A model generated the notes under the pieces. The model was not told the origin of the DNA. It worked only from the letters and a program-made list of their open reading frames with translations, and did no database searches. A stretch of 64,000 bases of DNA from positions 1-64,000 of the IMG/VR virus record IMGVR_UViG_3300037453_000171; one strand, 5' to 3'. The DNA comes from a virus. Its lineage: Duplodnaviria; Caudoviricetes. Below, one piece after another: positions 18,007 through 25,681 of this stretch. Position 1 is the first letter of the stretch. Each line of letters starts with the position of its first letter. A program made the translations under genes and the position numbers.

Positions 18007-21000
18007 TTATTTCTGTCTTAACTTCGCGTTTTGGATTGCTTGGCGGATCTTGTTTATGTTGCCTCCATAAACTTCCGTAGCCCTTCCAAGAATACCGCCC
18101 TTGCTGTATCTCCATTCCCGCTGCAGGAAATCTTCCGGTACATCCACCTCGTACCAAGTATTGCCTTTCGAATCCTTCACCGTGCGGATCTCTGCATCCT
18201 TGTAAAGCTTCCTATATTGTTTAACAAAATCGTCATATCTCTTCAGAATCGTCTCGTATTTCTGAGGATACGTTCCGTCTTCATTTCTGAATTTATTATA
18301 TTTTTCGATTTTTGCGGCGGTTTCCCTCGTGGCATATCTCATTGTCCTCTCGCCATTTTCCGCAGCTATCCGAAGGTTTTCAATTATCTGCCTCTCGGGA
18401 TACGTGTCTTTCAGATAGATCTCCTCGGGTGTAAGAAAATCTTTCTCCCGCGCCCTAGCTTCCTTCAGCAAGGCCGGATCGTCACCGAATTTCTCCTTGA
18501 AAGAAGAGGCATTATACGCATTTCCTTCTGCATCGTAGTATCTCGCCTGACCCCAGTCCGCCTGACTCTCAAGCACATAACGGACGCCGGGTTCTTCTTT
18601 CGTAGTAAACGTTCGGGAGTGTCCGAGCGTATTAGCATCATAATGTTTTTTCGAACCCTTAGGAATACGAGGAGATGAGAACGTGAACGTTTCCGGATTC
18701 ACCGGACCATCCTTCATAATCCTTTCGGTGAATTTTACATATAAATCATCAAACTTCGTCTTGTATTCCCTGTCGGATATCTTGCCCTCCCGTATATCAA
18801 CCATTAACTTTTGCACCATATCCTTCTCGGCCTCGGTGCCGTAGTCATTTATGGCGTCATATTTTTCCAGATTCGTTTTTGCTTTCCGCACATATTGTAT
18901 CGGCTCGGTCAAAGTAGGGCTATAGCCGATATCATCAAGACCATAGACTTCATAACGCGTATCCGGAGCCCTCTCATATGTAATCAGTTCATTTTGTACG
19001 GCCTTTCGGAACGCATTGTAATCGACAGTTTTCTTGCCAGCGAAATCCTCGGAAGCAAGAACCCTCTCAACCGCCGCCTGATCTCCCCTTGACGCATTTT
19101 TCATCAGGGCGCGGATATTGTTTACGCTAACCGTACCGTTCTTCCCCATCTGCTTCTCGAGCGGGCTTCCCTCCATCAAGGATTTCGGCATATATCCAGG
19201 ATATCGCTGAATTTGATAACCGTTTTCTACCGCCCTTCCAACTGCAGATGGGATATTTTCGTACCTGAACGCCTCACTTACATTTCCTACGTGATCAGTC
19301 GGTACGTCCGTAAATGCTCGGAACGTATCCTCTCCGAAGTTACCGATATCGTCCCAGTAGTTCTTCAAATATCCATACCCCCTGCCAAGAGCTCTCAATC
19401 CAAGGCCCATGACTGCTGCCATGGTCAGATCTTTACCAACCCTACCGTACTCGCCATTTGCCACATCAGATACCATGTGGCCAAGCCAGCTTATCGCACC
19501 AGCGGGAGTAGGAGTTAGACCGACAACGGTATCTACTGTGTTAAATATTTTACGACCCGCCATATCCATTGCTTCCGATACCGGCTTCGCTCCTTTCAAA
19601 TAGCCTTCCGCATACCTTCTTGCCGCCTCTTGAGATCCATTGAATTTCGACGGAAGTTGTGCAATCGCAACAGAAGGAGCTATCGTTCCGCCGTAAAACT
19701 CCGGGACTTCCTGATATTGATATAACATGGAAGCATCTCCGTAAGGTCCGCCCTCATCAAAATAATTCCGTAAGAATCCTCCATCACCGTGCCTCCATTT
19801 ACGGGCATTAAGTGCGAAGGTCGCACGTTTACGCTGAAGAGGGGTTCCGTGTTCCTTAAACCAACTGGCGGATTTACCGGTACGTTTCAACAAAGCAGTG
19901 AACTTGCCACGATTCTCGGGTTTGATGTGAATCTTGCCACCTTTAGCCCGGAAAATAGAATACTGGTTTCCAAGCGTATCTATCTCCTCGAGGAGAACCT
20001 TGTTCCTGCCCAGTTCCTTCCCATTCACGTATCTCTTGTAGTTCTTCCGTATCAGATCCATATTGCCGGAATGGAAGCCCTCCATCAAGGACGGGAACTT
20101 CGCAAGACCCGGATTGTACGAATAGTCCACAAGGATACTCTGGCTCTTGTCACTCAGTTTATCCCATTCTCCTTCTCCGTACTTCTTGTCGTAAACACGT
20201 TTGGCTGCATCGTAATATTTCCTTGCCAGGGTATCCACGGCACTCGCAGCCTGTTCATCAGTAAGATATCCCTGCTTCAAGGCAAGGGCGGCTTCCGGAG
20301 TTCCGTTGGAAAGCTTGATACCGTAAGCAATCGTATCCGCTCCGCCTTCAACAGACTTGTGAGGATACCACCTTCCAGTCTTCGCATCCCAGCCACCGTT
20401 TGCATTCGCCTTGCTGTTCTCGACAGCCATGATCCTCCGTGCCGCATCCTTGATCGGATCAATGGCGGCAACAGTGGATACCGGCTGATCTTCAGGAATC
20501 AACACGCCATGACCCGGCTGGACAGCAGGATAACCCATAGGAATAGGATAACTCTGTAATACACCAGGATTATATTTCGGATATTCGTAATCTCCTAAAT
20601 ACGGCTCGGGTATCCATCGTGCAGGAGGTTCTATATCATAATATCCCGTTCTCTCCGGTGCCTGATATAACATCGAATCATCGGACTCCGGCACACTCGT
20701 CCGGAAGAACTTTCCGCCAGGACCGTATTTCTTTCCACCACACTTGAACTTCCTCAGCAACTCCACACGGTCACTTCGTGAATTCAAGATATCGATGATC
20801 CTCTTAATCCTTCCACCCCGATCGCTCATATTTCCGACAACAACATCGTGAACGCCATCTCCTTCGCCGGAATCGGCCACAAGATTTAACATATCCGCAA
20901 TCTGCTCGTCGCTCATCTGCTGGAATGGTCGCAACTCCGGATATTTCGCCCTCAATTCCTTCACGTCATCAACAGTCGCATCAGTATCACCCCTCGCATC

Positions 21001-21801
21001 ATATATGCCCTCCTTATACATCAAGTACTTCAAGCCTTGGATATCCGCCTGCTTCTCACTCCTCAATTCATCATGCAGATTCCATTCAGCACCCCTGTTC
21101 GTATCTAGAACCTTACCATTCACCCCACTATACCACGGAGCCGTATGAGTCAATTCATGTCCAAGAAGGAAGGCACGAGGCAATTCTCCGCGTTTTGCGC
21201 GAGAAAGCACAGACTGCGGAGTCGTACCAAGAAATACCGGACCATAATTATGTGCCGAACCAGAAAAAGACTCCGTCTCCTCCAATGCCGTGTCAAATAT
21301 CCCCTCTCCGGTCAGACCACGAAGAAGATTAGCATAAGAAGCTGCAGCGGATTCATCATATTCTTTTCCGGGATTCCGTCCAGAATACCATTCCCTCTGA
21401 TTATCCACAATCCTTGAAAAACCGGGCGAGTCAGCATAACTCCGAAAAAACTCGGCAGCATCAGCACCATCCTCGCTTTCAACAAACTTTCCGGTCTTCA
21501 AGACCGGATATGCCAAAGCATATTTCATCGGATCCCACTGCGTACCAGCATACCTGTAGCGAGTCCTGTCAGACAAGTCCCGCATCAATTCATACTTGCG
21601 ATTCAGTGCATCCTGCGCCTCTTGAGACGAATCCGAAAAATCGTACTTTGAAGCCGCATCCTCTGCTTCACGATATTCTCGAAGAAGATTCTGATATGAT
21701 TCCTCAAGCCCGCGCTCATACCCGGTAATGGATGGACGAATAATGCTTTCCGTAGGAGACAATTTTACCGTATTGACCCTCGTTCTCTTCCGCTTGGACA
21801 T
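18007..21801 (-). CDS. Multidomain virion/cargo-type protein (zincin plus lysozyme-like muramidase)
   Basis: GHELTH motif; lysozyme-like AVEN...TIAYGIKL...LVDYSYNPG segment; KIHIKPENRGKFT...FALNARKW module; repeated xxGG linkers. Confidence 0.65.
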   Translation of the reverse strand: MSKRKRTRVNTVKLSPTESIIRPSITGYERGLEESYQNLLREYREAEDAASKYDFSDSSQEAQDALNRKYELMRDLSDRTRYRYAGTQWDPMKYALAYPVLKTGKFVESEDGADAAEFFRSYADSPGFSRIVDNQREWYSGRNPGKEYDESAAASYANLLRGLTGEGIFDTALEETESFSGSAHNYGPVFLGTTPQSVLSRAKRGELPRAFLLGHELTHTAPWYSGVNGKVLDTNRGAEWNLHDELRSEKQADIQGLKYLMYKEGIYDARGDTDATVDDVKELRAKYPELRPFQQMSDEQIADMLNLVADSGEGDGVHDVVVGNMSDRGGRIKRIIDILNSRSDRVELLRKFKCGGKKYGPGGKFFRTSVPESDDSMLYQAPERTGYYDIEPPARWIPEPYLGDYEYPKYNPGVLQSYPIPMGYPAVQPGHGVLIPEDQPVSTVAAIDPIKDAARRIMAVENSKANANGGWDAKTGRWYPHKSVEGGADTIAYGIKLSNGTPEAALALKQGYLTDEQAASAVDTLARKYYDAAKRVYDKKYGEGEWDKLSDKSQSILVDYSYNPGLAKFPSLMEGFHSGNMDLIRKNYKRYVNGKELGRNKVLLEEIDTLGNQYSIFRAKGGKIHIKPENRGKFTALLKRTGKSASWFKEHGTPLQRKRATFALNARKWRHGDGGFLRNYFDEGGPYGDASMLYQYQEVPEFYGGTIAPSVAIAQLPSKFNGSQEAARRYAEGYLKGAKPVSEAMDMAGRKIFNTVDTVVGLTPTPAGAISWLGHMVSDVANGEYGRVGKDLTMAAVMGLGLRALGRGYGYLKNYWDDIGNFGEDTFRAFTDVPTDHVGNVSEAFRYENIPSAVGRAVENGYQIQRYPGYMPKSLMEGSPLEKQMGKNGTVSVNNIRALMKNASRGDQAAVERVLASEDFAGKKTVDYNAFRKAVQNELITYERAPDTRYEVYGLDDIGYSPTLTEPIQYVRKAKTNLEKYDAINDYGTEAEKDMVQKLMVDIREGKISDREYKTKFDDLYVKFTERIMKDGPVNPETFTFSSPRIPKGSKKHYDANTLGHSRTFTTKEEPGVRYVLESQADWGQARYYDAEGNAYNASSFKEKFGDDPALLKEARAREKDFLTPEEIYLKDTYPERQIIENLRIAAENGERTMRYATRETAAKIEKYNKFRNEDGTYPQKYETILKRYDDFVKQYRKLYKDAEIRTVKDSKGNTWYEVDVPEDFLQREWRYSKGGILGRATEVYGGNINKIRQAIQNAKLRQK

Positions 21802-21890
21802 ACAATCTGTATATTTTTGCCCAAAAATACGAAAGAATCAACAACGGCCTACAAAGGCAACACTTTTACTTACAGAGCCAAAACATTCAA

Positions 21891-22016
21891 CTAACGATCG
21901 AAACAATGATAATGACCGCCAGGAGGATAATACAAGAAATATATACCATATCCAACCACCAATAGCGCGACCAAGATAAGGAGTAATACGACAACCCTCT
22001 TTCGTTTATTCTTCAT
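21891..22016 (-). CDS. Small membrane protein
   Basis: MKNKRKR followed by a hydrophobic helix; TATCTTTG element at 22021-22028 just upstream. Confidence 0.4.
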   Translation of the reverse strand: MKNKRKRVVVLLLILVALLVVGYGIYFLYYPPGGHYHCFDR

Positions 22017-22148
22017 ACTACAAAGATAATCAATTCTCACAAAACAACCCCGCCCCTTCCGCAACTTCATGATCATACCCCCGGGGTCTGTATGGATGAA
22101 TAAATTTCGACAGAAATCAAGCCAGTAATAATTTTGAAAAATCAGGAG

Positions 22149-22249
22149 TTGATGTGAGAGGAGGAGGTAATATCCAATTTGGAAGAAATTGATGTAAGAG
22201 CGGGAGGTGAAATTCGAAAACTATAGAACTTATGTGAGAGGAGGAGGTA
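22149..22249 (+). repeat. Three 19-bp direct repeats with exact 40-bp period
   Basis: gatgtgagaggaggaggta (22151), gatgtaagagcgggaggtg (22191), tatgtgagaggaggaggta (22231). Confidence 0.8.
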
Positions 22250-22324
22250 CACCTCTCTCACCCCCACCCTCAACGCGTAGGTTGGGGGTATCCCCCGTTG
22301 TTTAACTATTAAAATTAAATTGAG

Positions 22325-22855
22325 ATGACAAACATCAATCTTGCTCACGACAACTACTCTGACTACGTTGCTTCCGAGTTCTTCGCTGCACTGAATGTCG
22401 AGAACCTCACTCTCACTCCGAAGTACGCTCCGCAGACGGACAAGAATCCTGTGCCCGCCATCCTGGTACACGTGTCCGGTATGCAGCGCGGCACTGGCCT
22501 GCTCGTCAACTTCGATATGTGGCCTCGCTACGACTTCGAAGAAGAAGACCTGAAGAAGTTCTTCGATGAGAAGTTTCACCTTGAAGAAATCAAGGACAAG
22601 GACGGGAAGCCGGTAATGGTTCTGGACGAGAACGGCAAGCCCACTGATGAAGTGCAGACCAAGAAGGTCATCGACGGCTATGAAGCCAAGGGCAACTTCG
22701 CCGACATTCACTTCCGCATCGGCTACTGGGTCGAGACCGACGGCAAGGAGAAGGTCGTCCGTGAAGGCAAGCCGAAGTGGCTCGCCTACATCTCCAACGG
22801 TCAGGTCTGCAAGCTCAGCGGCGACGCTCGCGAATTCAACGGTCAGACTCTGTAG
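22325..22855 (+). CDS. Hypothetical protein, first gene of the plus-strand arm
   Basis: 176 aa, strong C-ending codon bias, followed by its own terminator. Confidence 0.8.
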   Translation: MTNINLAHDNYSDYVASEFFAALNVENLTLTPKYAPQTDKNPVPAILVHVSGMQRGTGLLVNFDMWPRYDFEEEDLKKFFDEKFHLEEIKDKDGKPVMVLDENGKPTDEVQTKKVIDGYEAKGNFADIHFRIGYWVETDGKEKVVREGKPKWLAYISNGQVCKLSGDAREFNGQTL

Positions 22856-22892
22856 TCAGACCATACTCCGCTCCCTGTTCTGATGCTTGATT

Positions 22893-22920
22893 AGGGTAGC
22901 CCTTCGGGGTTACCCTTTTC
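22893..22920 (+). terminator. Intrinsic terminator
   Basis: gggtagccc-ttcg-gggttaccc-tttt. Confidence 0.85.
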
Positions 22921-23334
22921 TGGTTCATCTGATTCAACACGCCGATTGATCCACGAGATCCAACACGCTTCCTCACGTGCGCGTGCGCGTCACGCGTGCG
23001 GTTTCTCTCTTAATGCGGCCTACTCGACACAGCCGTTATGTTATTATCTTTCGTAGTACTCGTGATCCACAATGTACCATGGAAAACACTGAAACTGTTC
23101 TCTCTCTTCACTGTCTCCAGAACGGATTCATTCTGAATCCTTACGATGAGGTGGATGAGGATTTCATCAGGGAGCAATCCAATTAGTTTGGTTTGCCCGT
23201 GAGAAGGAGGGTATCCCGCCTTTTGCCCTTCTCGCTTTCCTTCCTTTCGCTTTCCCGGATTTCATTTCCCCTGGAATTTCCGCAATTCCGGGGGAAGTGA
23301 TGCAACGGGGGAACTTTAAGGGGGTATTTATTGT

Positions 23335-23460
23335 TGGATAGATAGCATTGTTCTAATAGTAACAATTGTTCTATTAGATCTATTGTTATGTACCAAAGAA
23401 AGAAAGAAAGAATAATATATATAAATATATATTATCCTTCCTAAAGAAAGAAAGGTAGAA
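23335..23460. other. AT-rich palindromic region, candidate replication origin
   Basis: ataatatatat-aa-atatatattat palindrome, aaag repeats and duplicated attgttcta; lies near the strand switch. Confidence 0.4.
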
Positions 23461-23463
23461 ATA

Positions 23464-23566
23464 GTCTTAATGCAGCCATCCATCCTGGAACCGGGATAAA
23501 ATGGATGAAGGTGACAAGCCCTTGCCCGTCAGTGTCTAACACGCGAGAATAATGCAGAGTCAAGAC
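23464..23566 (+). ncRNA. Twister ribozyme (type P1)
   Basis: P1 GTCT/AGAC; U^AA at 23468/23469; P2 TGCA/TGCA; P3 CATCCAT/ATGGATG; P4 AAGG/CCTT with loop TGACAAGC; pseudoknot T1 TGAC/GTCA after GA; T2 GC/GC. Confidence 0.85.
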
Positions 23567-23571
23567 CAAAT

Positions 23572-23727
23572 AACAACTCCGTTTCTTGTGAGGCCCAGGG
23601 ATGGGATTGTCGCCGCAAGGAGCAGAACCGAAAAAGCCGTATCGCTGTGCGGGTGACGCCGAGTATACAGCAACGCCATATATCGGTAAAGGGCTGACCA
23701 GTCAGTGGGATTGGCGACGGAGTTGTT
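23572..23727 (+). ncRNA. Unassigned multibranch structured RNA
   Basis: 11-bp closing stem AACAACTCCGT/ACGGAGTTGTT; inner helices GCCC/GGGC, ACCGA/TCGGT, GCTGT/ACAGC, CCAGTC/GATTGG; CC-GCAA-GG GNRA loop. Confidence 0.55.
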
Positions 23728-23757
23728 TTTCTTTTGACAAATCAAAACTACAATCAT

Positions 23758-24117
23758 ATGAAGAAGATTACTATCAACGGCGTTGAATTCTGTGACTTCG
23801 GATCCAACAACTACAGTAATGGAATGCGTCTGATCACCTGTTATCCTATGCCTGAGAATATGGTTCAGGATGTTCTTGCGGGTAAGTACGAAGGCGTTTA
23901 TCTGAATCCTTCTGCCCGTTGCAGTGAGGAATTCTATGGTGTTCTTGGTACTCCTGAGCAGTACAAGGAGTTCAAGGAACGTCAGGAAGATGCGCAGATC
24001 TCTGGCTTGGTCATTGGCATGGCTGGCGGGTTTGATGCATTTCGCAAGCTTTCTGCCGAAGAATATAGGAAGATTGAACACGAAATTCGTTCTGCCTATA
24101 AGAATTGGTGGGAGTAG
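23758..24117 (+). CDS. Hypothetical protein (between the ribozymes)
   Basis: MKKITINGVEF... with an A-rich leader; the ORF track starts it at 23734. Confidence 0.75.
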   Translation: MKKITINGVEFCDFGSNNYSNGMRLITCYPMPENMVQDVLAGKYEGVYLNPSARCSEEFYGVLGTPEQYKEFKERQEDAQISGLVIGMAGGFDAFRKLSAEEYRKIEHEIRSAYKNWWE

Positions 24118-24123
24118 TATGCT

Positions 24124-24375
24124 ATGAGTAGCGGAAAGAAAAGGTATCGTGCCACGATCCAGATACCTGATATACTGCAAGAGATTCACGACGAACGAGC
24201 CTATGCCCAGTCTATGATAGATCGTAATTGTACTTACGATTGTTATTTCATGGACTGTGGCTATGGCTGTCCTGATGACTGTCCTATTCTGAAGTATTAT
24301 GACATTGTAGAAAGATGTCAGATTCGGGAAGAACAGGATGTAATGAAATTTTTAGGAGTCAGCCCGGGAGACTAA
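24124..24375 (+). CDS. Small Cys-rich protein (between the ribozymes)
   Basis: CTYDC...CGYGCPDDCP cluster. Confidence 0.6.
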   Translation: MSSGKKRYRATIQIPDILQEIHDERAYAQSMIDRNCTYDCYFMDCGYGCPDDCPILKYYDIVERCQIREEQDVMKFLGVSPGD

Positions 24376-24376
24376 A

Positions 24377-24422
24377 TCACACCTGATGAGACCGGGACGA
24401 AACGCTGAGAAGCGTCGTGTGA
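24377..24422 (+). ncRNA. Hammerhead ribozyme (type I)
   Basis: Stem I TCACAC/GTGTGA; core CTGATGA and GAAA; stem III CGCT-GAGA-AGCG; GUC^ site at 24416. Minimal stem II; its loop CCGGG can pair with CCCGG (24363-24367) in an upstream hairpin loop. Confidence 0.85.
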
Positions 24423-24441
24423 AACTAAAAACTATAATCAT

Positions 24442-24651
24442 ATGGATGTTTACAAATATATTTCTGATGAGGTTCGTGAATATTGGAGCCTGACTGAACA
24501 ATATATGAATGAAGTAATTCATTCTGCTCCCGAAGTAACTACCGAGATGGCGGAAGCACATCAGGGCGCGCTTCATAATCTTCGCATGATCATTTCTCAG
24601 GTTAATCGTGAGATTGGTGAATATGAAGCAGAAATTGAACACATTCAATAA
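24442..24651 (+). CDS. Hypothetical protein
   Basis: 69-aa ORF starting 26 nt after the hammerhead cleavage site. Confidence 0.65.
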   Translation: MDVYKYISDEVREYWSLTEQYMNEVIHSAPEVTTEMAEAHQGALHNLRMIISQVNREIGEYEAEIEHIQ

Positions 24652-24665
24652 AACATAGTACGCGT

Positions 24666-24866
24666 ATGAAACAGAGTAACAAGAAGAACCAGAAGGTTCG
24701 CAAGACTCGTCCTTTCGAGGGTATGATGAATCAGTTGAAGCGTGAAACTCTCGTGCTTGTTAACATGGACAAGTTCGAGGATTTCAAAAAGGCTCTCAAC
24801 GATGCCGACGTCGACTATGATCTCGGTGATTTCTACGGTAATGGTATATTCGTAGTCAAGAAGTGA
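24666..24866 (+). CDS. Hypothetical protein
   Basis: 66-aa ORF. Confidence 0.65.
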   Translation: MKQSNKKNQKVRKTRPFEGMMNQLKRETLVLVNMDKFEDFKKALNDADVDYDLGDFYGNGIFVVKK

Positions 24867-24932
24867 TCATTGCCGAGAATCTTTAGATGGTGTCAGCCGG
24901 TGAACATTTTTGTTTTATTGGCTGATTATCAT

Positions 24933-24940
24933 TATCTTTG
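24933..24940 (+). promoter_or_regulatory. Bacteroidota-type -7 element (TATCTTTG)
   Basis: Immediately upstream of the tRNA start at 24944. Confidence 0.45.
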
Positions 24941-24980
24941 AATGGCCCCTTAGCTCAGTTGGTTAGAGCAGCGGACTCAT

Positions 24981-25457
24981 TAGTTCTTTGAAAGAAGAGA
25001 TTGTGTGCACCGGAGGAAACTCTGGATGTAGAACCTCCCTAATTCGGTGAAGACTAAAGATATATTATATGGCGGAATTGGCATACGGCAGTAGATTGAC
25101 GGAAGCACCCTAAAGTCGTCATTAACAAAGCTCTTGGGTTTGTAGGTTCGAATCCTACTATAATATATTTATGTTAATACCGAGCCAATGTTATAGAGAG
25201 TCTTGGGAAAGACCTTAATATATGTCCTATACCCGGACATAATCTTAGACAGTGTGTAGAGACTATACAGGAGGAACCTAAGTTGAAATTATTCTGAGGA
25301 TTTGAGTCAAGGCTCTCAGAGTATCTTGCAAGATTTCAATATGGTTAAGATAGAGTCCAGACCACAAACAAATTAGTGAATAATGCTCGCGTTAAAAACA
25401 GGGGCTATTGCTGCGAAGCTCCCCCGCTAATTTGGTAGTGAAAACTATAGTGGTACG
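24981..25457 (+). mobile_element. Group I intron (477 nt, no ORF) in tRNA-CAU
   Basis: 5' exon ends in U and the intron ends in G; P AATTCGGTGAA, Q AATACCGAGC, R GTAGAGACTA, S AAGATAGAGTCC; P3 CCTCC/GGAGG. Confidence 0.88.
25063..25165 (+). ncRNA. tRNA-shaped domain nested in P5 of the intron
   Basis: 7-bp TATTATA/TATAATA acceptor-like stem, Leu-like D arm TGGCGGAATTGGCATACG, perfect T arm GTAGG-TTCGAAT-CCTAC; aberrant anticodon arm; no CCA. Confidence 0.7.
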
Positions 25458-25554
25458 AATCCGTGGGTCGCAGGTTCAAGTCCTGCAGGGGCCACGAGGT
25501 TTTTACCTCATTCGTGGAGCATTCTGGCACGGCTGTGAAGTCCTGCCAGTTTTT

Positions 25555-25648
25555 GGTCTGATAAGTTAACAGGTGCTAAAACCGCGGTAGGAAGTTAGAG
25601 AAATCTATCTAGCCCCGCATGCCGGTTCGAGTCCGGCTCAGACCACCA
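25555..25648 (+). ncRNA. tRNA-like RNA with encoded CCA but no canonical anticodon loop
   Basis: Acceptor GGTCTGA/TCAGACC plus ACCA; T arm GCCGG-TTCGAGT-CCGGC; D-like arm; anticodon arm replaced by an irregular stem capped by TAGA-GAAA-TCTA. Confidence 0.7.
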
Positions 25649-25681
25649 ATATCTGAAGTATAATTATAAATCTTTGTACAT

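Larger units (their letters stand above)
24944..25494 (+). tRNA. tRNA with CAU anticodon (Ile2-type), exons 24944-24980 and 25458-25494
   Basis: Joined exons give GGCCCCTTAGCTCAGTTGGTTAGAGCAGCGGACTCAT|AATCCGTGGGTCGCAGGTTCAAGTCCTGCAGGGGCCA, a complete cloverleaf resembling bacterial ileX-type tRNAs. Confidence 0.9.

Noticed and set aside
22149-22249. Mini CRISPR array
   Set aside because: Repeats are 19 bp, non-identical and non-palindromic, with 21-bp spacers; no cas genes.
23620-23710. Hairpin ribozyme within the unassigned RNA
   Set aside because: AGAA, AGTC and an A-rich internal loop are present, but I could not assemble loops A and B in the required geometry.
25100-25120. Amber-suppressor (CTA) or Leu (TAA) anticodon in the nested tRNA-like domain
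   Set aside because: CCCTAAA is present but not in a 7-nt loop on a 5-bp stem; it lacks U33 and CCA.
25495-25552. Theta (HDV-like) ribozyme after the tRNA
   Set aside because: Only simple hairpins are visible; I could not build the nested double pseudoknot.
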